64,000 bases of DNA from Minisyncoccota bacterium (GTDB taxonomy: Bacteria; Patescibacteriota; Minisyncoccia; Phycocordibacterales; UBA9973). Shown one piece after another: positions 60,435-64,000 of the stretch (position 1 is its first letter; the number at the start of each line of letters is the position of its first letter). The translations under genes and the position numbers were made by a program. The DNA lies in assembly GCA_035353995.1 (NCBI GenBank), contig DAOQAL010000002.1:28729-92728 (forward strand), written 5' to 3'. Below the pieces are notes generated by a model. That model was given only the letters and a program-made list of their open reading frames with translations, did no database searches and was not told the origin of the DNA.

Positions 60435-62217
60435 AACACATTCAGCAGGCAGAGTCTCAAAGACCTGCCAAAATTGTAAATGCGAATTCACTATTGAATC
60501 GGAAGATTTTAAATTTTACGAAAAGTTTGGAGTGCAGGTACCAGGATTTTGCCATGAATGTAGATTGCAAAGAAAATTAACATGGCGCAACGAGCGTTCT
60601 TTATATAAAAGAAATTGTGGTCTCTGTGGGAAGACGGTTATCTCTGTTTTTTCCTCAGACAAACCTTTTCCTGTGTATTGTCACGATTGTTATCGTGGAC
60701 ATTCCTGGGATCCACTTTCTTATGGAGAAGAAGTTGATTTTTCAAAGCATTTTTTAGATCAATTTTTTGAATTACAACAGAAAGTTCCTAGACAATATGC
60801 TTTGGTTTTCGGTAACATTAATAGTGAATATACCAATGGTACTGGTTACAACAAAAATTGTTATTTAATTTTTGTTAGTGATCACAACGAAGATTGTTTC
60901 TATTCCTTCAATATTTACTATTGTAGAAATTCTCTTGATCTTTCAACTTGTTTTAATTGTGAGTATTGTTATGAGCTTCTAAATTGTTCCGATTGTAATC
61001 ATTGTTCATTTTCGATCGACTGTCGAGATTCCTACAATCTTCTTTTTTCCAAAGATTGTGTAAATTGTCATGACTTAGTTGGTTGTGTTGGATTGCGTAA
61101 TAAAGCATATGCAATTTTTAATGTTGTTTATTCTAAAGAAGAATACGAGAAAAGAATTTCCGATTTAGATCTTTCCTCATACCATTCAACGATGGCAATT
61201 AAATCAAAGGCGCAGGATTTGTTCAGAAAATACCCAGTGAAATACTTACATGGATCAAACAATAAAGATGTGACTGGTGATATGGTAAATAATTCAAAAA
61301 ATACACTCCATGCTTTTTCTGCTAAGAGTCTTGAAGACAGTAAATATATTATCAATGGTAACAAAGCACGGGAATCTTATGAATGTTATGTAGCGGTAGA
61401 CGATTCGGAATATTGTTTTGATAGCTTGGGTTGTGCCAATACACAAAATGTGAAAGCTAGCCATTTACCTTGGGATAGTTTTGATTGTGATTATACAGAC
61501 GCTTGTGAGAGTTCCAATAACTGTTTCGGATGTGTAGGACTTTTGCATCATGAATACTGCATTTTAAATAAAAGATATTCCAAAGAGGAATATGTAAAAT
61601 TGCGTGAAAAAATTATTGCTGGAATGAAAGAAAAACCATATACCGATAAAGAGGGAAGAACATATAACTTCGGGGAGTTTTTTCCAGCAGAGTTTTCACC
61701 TCACGATTATAATGAAACATTAGCAAATTTTTATTACCCTCTTTCAAAAGAAGAAGCAAAAAAACATGGTTACTTTTGGAAAGATCCAGAACCAAAAGAT
61801 TATACAATAACTTTAGATTCTGATAACTTACCAAACAATATAAAAAATGTGGATGATTCGATTCTAAAAGAAGTAATAGTTTGCGAGCACAAAGGAAGTT
61901 GTATCACTGACCAATGTACGGAAGCATTTAGGATAACACCTGGAGAACTCGTTTTATATCGTCGTCTTAATATTCCTTTGCCTAGGTTGTGCCACAATTG
62001 TCGTTACTATGAACGCTTGAAGCTTGAAAACCCAAAGAAACTTTGGAAGAGACAATGTCAGTGTGCTGGATCTCACTCGGAAAATGGGTTATATAAAAAT
62101 ACAGGGACGCACGAACATAAAGGAGAGAAATGCCAAACTGAATTTGAAACCAGCTATGCTCCCGATAGGAAAGAGATTGTTTATTGTGAGAAGTGTTACC
62201 AAAAAGAGGTGTATTAA
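60397..62217 (+). CDS. Cys-rich protein with terminal zinc-ribbon modules and an internally duplicated Cys-repeat core (unknown function)
   Basis: More than 50 Cys residues. N-terminal CQNCKC...CHECR...CGLCGK...YCHDCY and C-terminal CEHKGSC...CHNCRYYERLK...CQCAG...YCEKCYQK are homologous zinc ribbons. Central halves share ...GCVGL....Y.I.N..YSKEEY.K. The ORF-track start overlaps grpE by 38 nt, so the true start is probably the internal Met at about 60415. Confidence 0.5.
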   Translation: MFLNTKMTNPQNKTHSAGRVSKTCQNCKCEFTIESEDFKFYEKFGVQVPGFCHECRLQRKLTWRNERSLYKRNCGLCGKTVISVFSSDKPFPVYCHDCYRGHSWDPLSYGEEVDFSKHFLDQFFELQQKVPRQYALVFGNINSEYTNGTGYNKNCYLIFVSDHNEDCFYSFNIYYCRNSLDLSTCFNCEYCYELLNCSDCNHCSFSIDCRDSYNLLFSKDCVNCHDLVGCVGLRNKAYAIFNVVYSKEEYEKRISDLDLSSYHSTMAIKSKAQDLFRKYPVKYLHGSNNKDVTGDMVNNSKNTLHAFSAKSLEDSKYIINGNKARESYECYVAVDDSEYCFDSLGCANTQNVKASHLPWDSFDCDYTDACESSNNCFGCVGLLHHEYCILNKRYSKEEYVKLREKIIAGMKEKPYTDKEGRTYNFGEFFPAEFSPHDYNETLANFYYPLSKEEAKKHGYFWKDPEPKDYTITLDSDNLPNNIKNVDDSILKEVIVCEHKGSCITDQCTEAFRITPGELVLYRRLNIPLPRLCHNCRYYERLKLENPKKLWKRQCQCAGSHSENGLYKNTGTHEHKGEKCQTEFETSYAPDRKEIVYCEKCYQKEVY

Positions 62218-62237
62218 AAAGATAAACTCCATTTTGA

Positions 62238-62348
62238 TACAGTATACTGTAGCAAATTAAATCCATTAATACAATTTATAACAGTATACTGTGGTAAATT
62301 GAATTTACCTATGTAATTTATAACAGTTTACTGTGATAAATTGAATTT
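62238..62348. repeat. Three tandem 42-bp repeats, each carrying the 12-bp palindrome ACAGTATACTGT (third copy ACAGTTTACTGT) and a TAAATTGAATTTA palindrome
   Basis: Palindrome copies begin at 62239, 62281 and 62323 with exact 42-bp spacing. They sit in the convergent gap between the Cys-rich gene and the PaaX-like gene. Confidence 0.6.
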
Positions 62349-62874
62349 AGCTTTTGATAGATTCGATGAAGGCGAGAGAAGTTTCTGGGTCTAATTTATC
62401 TGTGACAATTATCATAAGTTCTGTAGAGAGGCCCAAATCTTTTTTTATATTAGTAAAAAGATGTTCGTATGGGTGAGGGGAGATCCAAACAGTATTTTTT
62501 ATACATACAAAATTTGCTTTCTTTAAAAGATAGCGTAATGCTTCACGTTCGCTTTTTCTTTCTTCCGGTATATCTAAAATTATAATTCTCCAAAATCCAT
62601 CCCAAGTATTTGGCACCAAAGCTTCTTCTCCTTCAAGTCGTATTGAATTTAATTTACCTTGTCCCTTTTTCGTTATTTTTAAATATTTTTGATTGTCAGA
62701 ATTGTGTATTTCTACGCAACCAGATTCAACTAATTGTTTGATTGAACGGGCTAAAGCATAGTTCCTTTTAGGATCATTATCCTTAATTGTGTCAAAAGAA
62801 ATTGCTGGTTTTTCTGCTAAAATTTTTAAAATAGCCTTTTGAATATTAGATTTTTTGGAATTTTCAGATTTCAT
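62347..62874 (-). CDS. PaaX-family-like transcriptional regulator (winged-helix N-terminus, PaaX_C-like C-terminus)
   Basis: WDGFWRIIILDIPEERKSEREALRYLLKKANFVCIKNTVWISPHP matches the PaaX C-terminal consensus W.G.W.L.....PE..R..R..LR..L...GFG.L....W(I/V)SP as recalled from memory. Confidence 0.45.
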   Translation of the reverse strand: MKSENSKKSNIQKAILKILAEKPAISFDTIKDNDPKRNYALARSIKQLVESGCVEIHNSDNQKYLKITKKGQGKLNSIRLEGEEALVPNTWDGFWRIIILDIPEERKSEREALRYLLKKANFVCIKNTVWISPHPYEHLFTNIKKDLGLSTELMIIVTDKLDPETSLAFIESIKS

Positions 62875-62907
62875 ATTGACATTATAACATAGCTGAATAT
62901 AATATCA

Positions 62908-62963
62908 ACAAGTATTTTGCGACCGCGAAATACTTGTCAAAAATGGGTGTATTAGTATATAAT
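62908..62963 (+). promoter_or_regulatory. Promoter (TTGTCA-N18-TATAAT) whose -35 is embedded in a 10-bp inverted repeat ACAAGTATTT-N10-AAATACTTGT: candidate operator in the divergent regulator / DUF3467 intergenic region
   Basis: Inverted-repeat arms at 62908-62917 and 62928-62937; TTGTCA at 62934-62939; TATAAT at 62958-62963. Confidence 0.35.
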
Positions 62964-62979
62964 GGTTTTATTAGTTAGA

Positions 62980-63017
62980 AACCCCGAAAGTCGAAGTCGG
63001 GAAATAAAATAAATAAA
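62980..63017 (+). repeat. 38-bp 5'-UTR element AACCCCGAAAGTCGAAGTCGGGAAATAAAATAAATAAA (copy 1), ending 3 nt before the ATG at 63021
   Basis: Identical 38-mer recurs at 63305-63342 in front of dnaK. Contains a CCCGA...UCGGG stem. Confidence 0.5.
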
Positions 63018-63020
63018 TAT

Positions 63021-63299
63021 ATGATAGATCCAAAAAAAATAGATTTTAATCAATTGCCAAAGAAGTTTTGTGACGGAGCAATTGGAGCATTTAATAAAGA
63101 ATCATTTTTCTTTGCTTTCACATCCGGAAATAATTTGGATGTCTTTGCTACTACTCCGAGAACAATGAAAGATATTGCGATTTTTCTGACAAGACATGTT
63201 GAAAATTATGAAAAACAATTCGGAGAAATAGATATGACCATTCCTGAAATACCGAGCCCACTTCAAATGTCCGATTTGGGTAGTTCTGATAAAAAATAA
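63021..63299 (+). CDS. DUF3467-like small protein
   Basis: GAIGAFNKESFFFAFTSGNNLDVFATTPRTMKDIAIFLTRHVENYEKQFGEI follows the DUF3467 pattern (A....HS.SEF.LDF...P.......R....P.HAK.L...L.ENV..YE) as recalled from memory. Confidence 0.4.
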   Translation: MIDPKKIDFNQLPKKFCDGAIGAFNKESFFFAFTSGNNLDVFATTPRTMKDIAIFLTRHVENYEKQFGEIDMTIPEIPSPLQMSDLGSSDKK

Positions 63300-63304
63300 T
63301 TACA

Positions 63305-63342
63305 AACCCCGAAAGTCGAAGTCGGGAAATAAAATAAATAAA
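63305..63342 (+). repeat. 38-bp 5'-UTR element (copy 2), 13 nt upstream of the dnaK ATG
   Basis: Exact repeat of the 62980-63017 element. Confidence 0.5.
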
Positions 63343-63349
63343 AATATAA

Positions 63350-64000
<651 letters not shown>

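Noticed and set aside
62238-62348. The 42-bp tandem repeats considered as a CRISPR array
   Set aside because: Only three units, the 'spacers' are themselves conserved between units, there are no cas genes, and the repeat is internally palindromic in a way CRISPR repeats are not.

Overview
AT-rich 64-kb segment that looks like a reduced-genome bacterium of the Candidate Phyla Radiation / Patescibacteria type. The evidence is short housekeeping proteins (IF-2 of 502 aa, AlaRS of 547 aa, MurE without its N-domain), a 16S gene not followed by a 23S gene, GTG/TTG starts and a general absence of Shine-Dalgarno motifs. Most of the window is core machinery: RNase J, SecG, SecA, MurE/MurD/MurC/Ddl, GyrA, ClpB, TypA, IF-2/RbfA, MnmA, AlaRS, an infA-rpmJ-rpsM-rpsK-rpsD-rpoA-rplQ-rplM-rpsI ribosomal cluster, GrpE and DnaK, a complete 16S rRNA and six tRNAs. 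Accessory content worth attention: (1) an IS200-like REP-associated tyrosine transposase (RAYT) flanked on both sides by a perfect 21-bp palindrome, with two more copies elsewhere, one lying in frame inside murC; (2) a tandem array of five paralogous small secreted proteins with a signal peptide and a two-helix hairpin, resembling TrbC/VirB2 pilins; (3) a 16S 3' tail in which the anti-Shine-Dalgarno CCUCC is replaced; (4) a 22-aa Lys-rich mini-ORF with its own promoter and intrinsic terminator directly in front of secA; (5) a 606-aa Cys-rich internally duplicated protein between grpE and dnaK, next to a 3 x 42-bp palindromic tandem repeat and a twice-repeated 38-bp 5'-UTR element; (6) a large surface protein with multiple domains and a catalytically degenerate HtrA-like protein. 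All calls come from reading the sequence and the supplied ORF translations by eye; no database searches were run.
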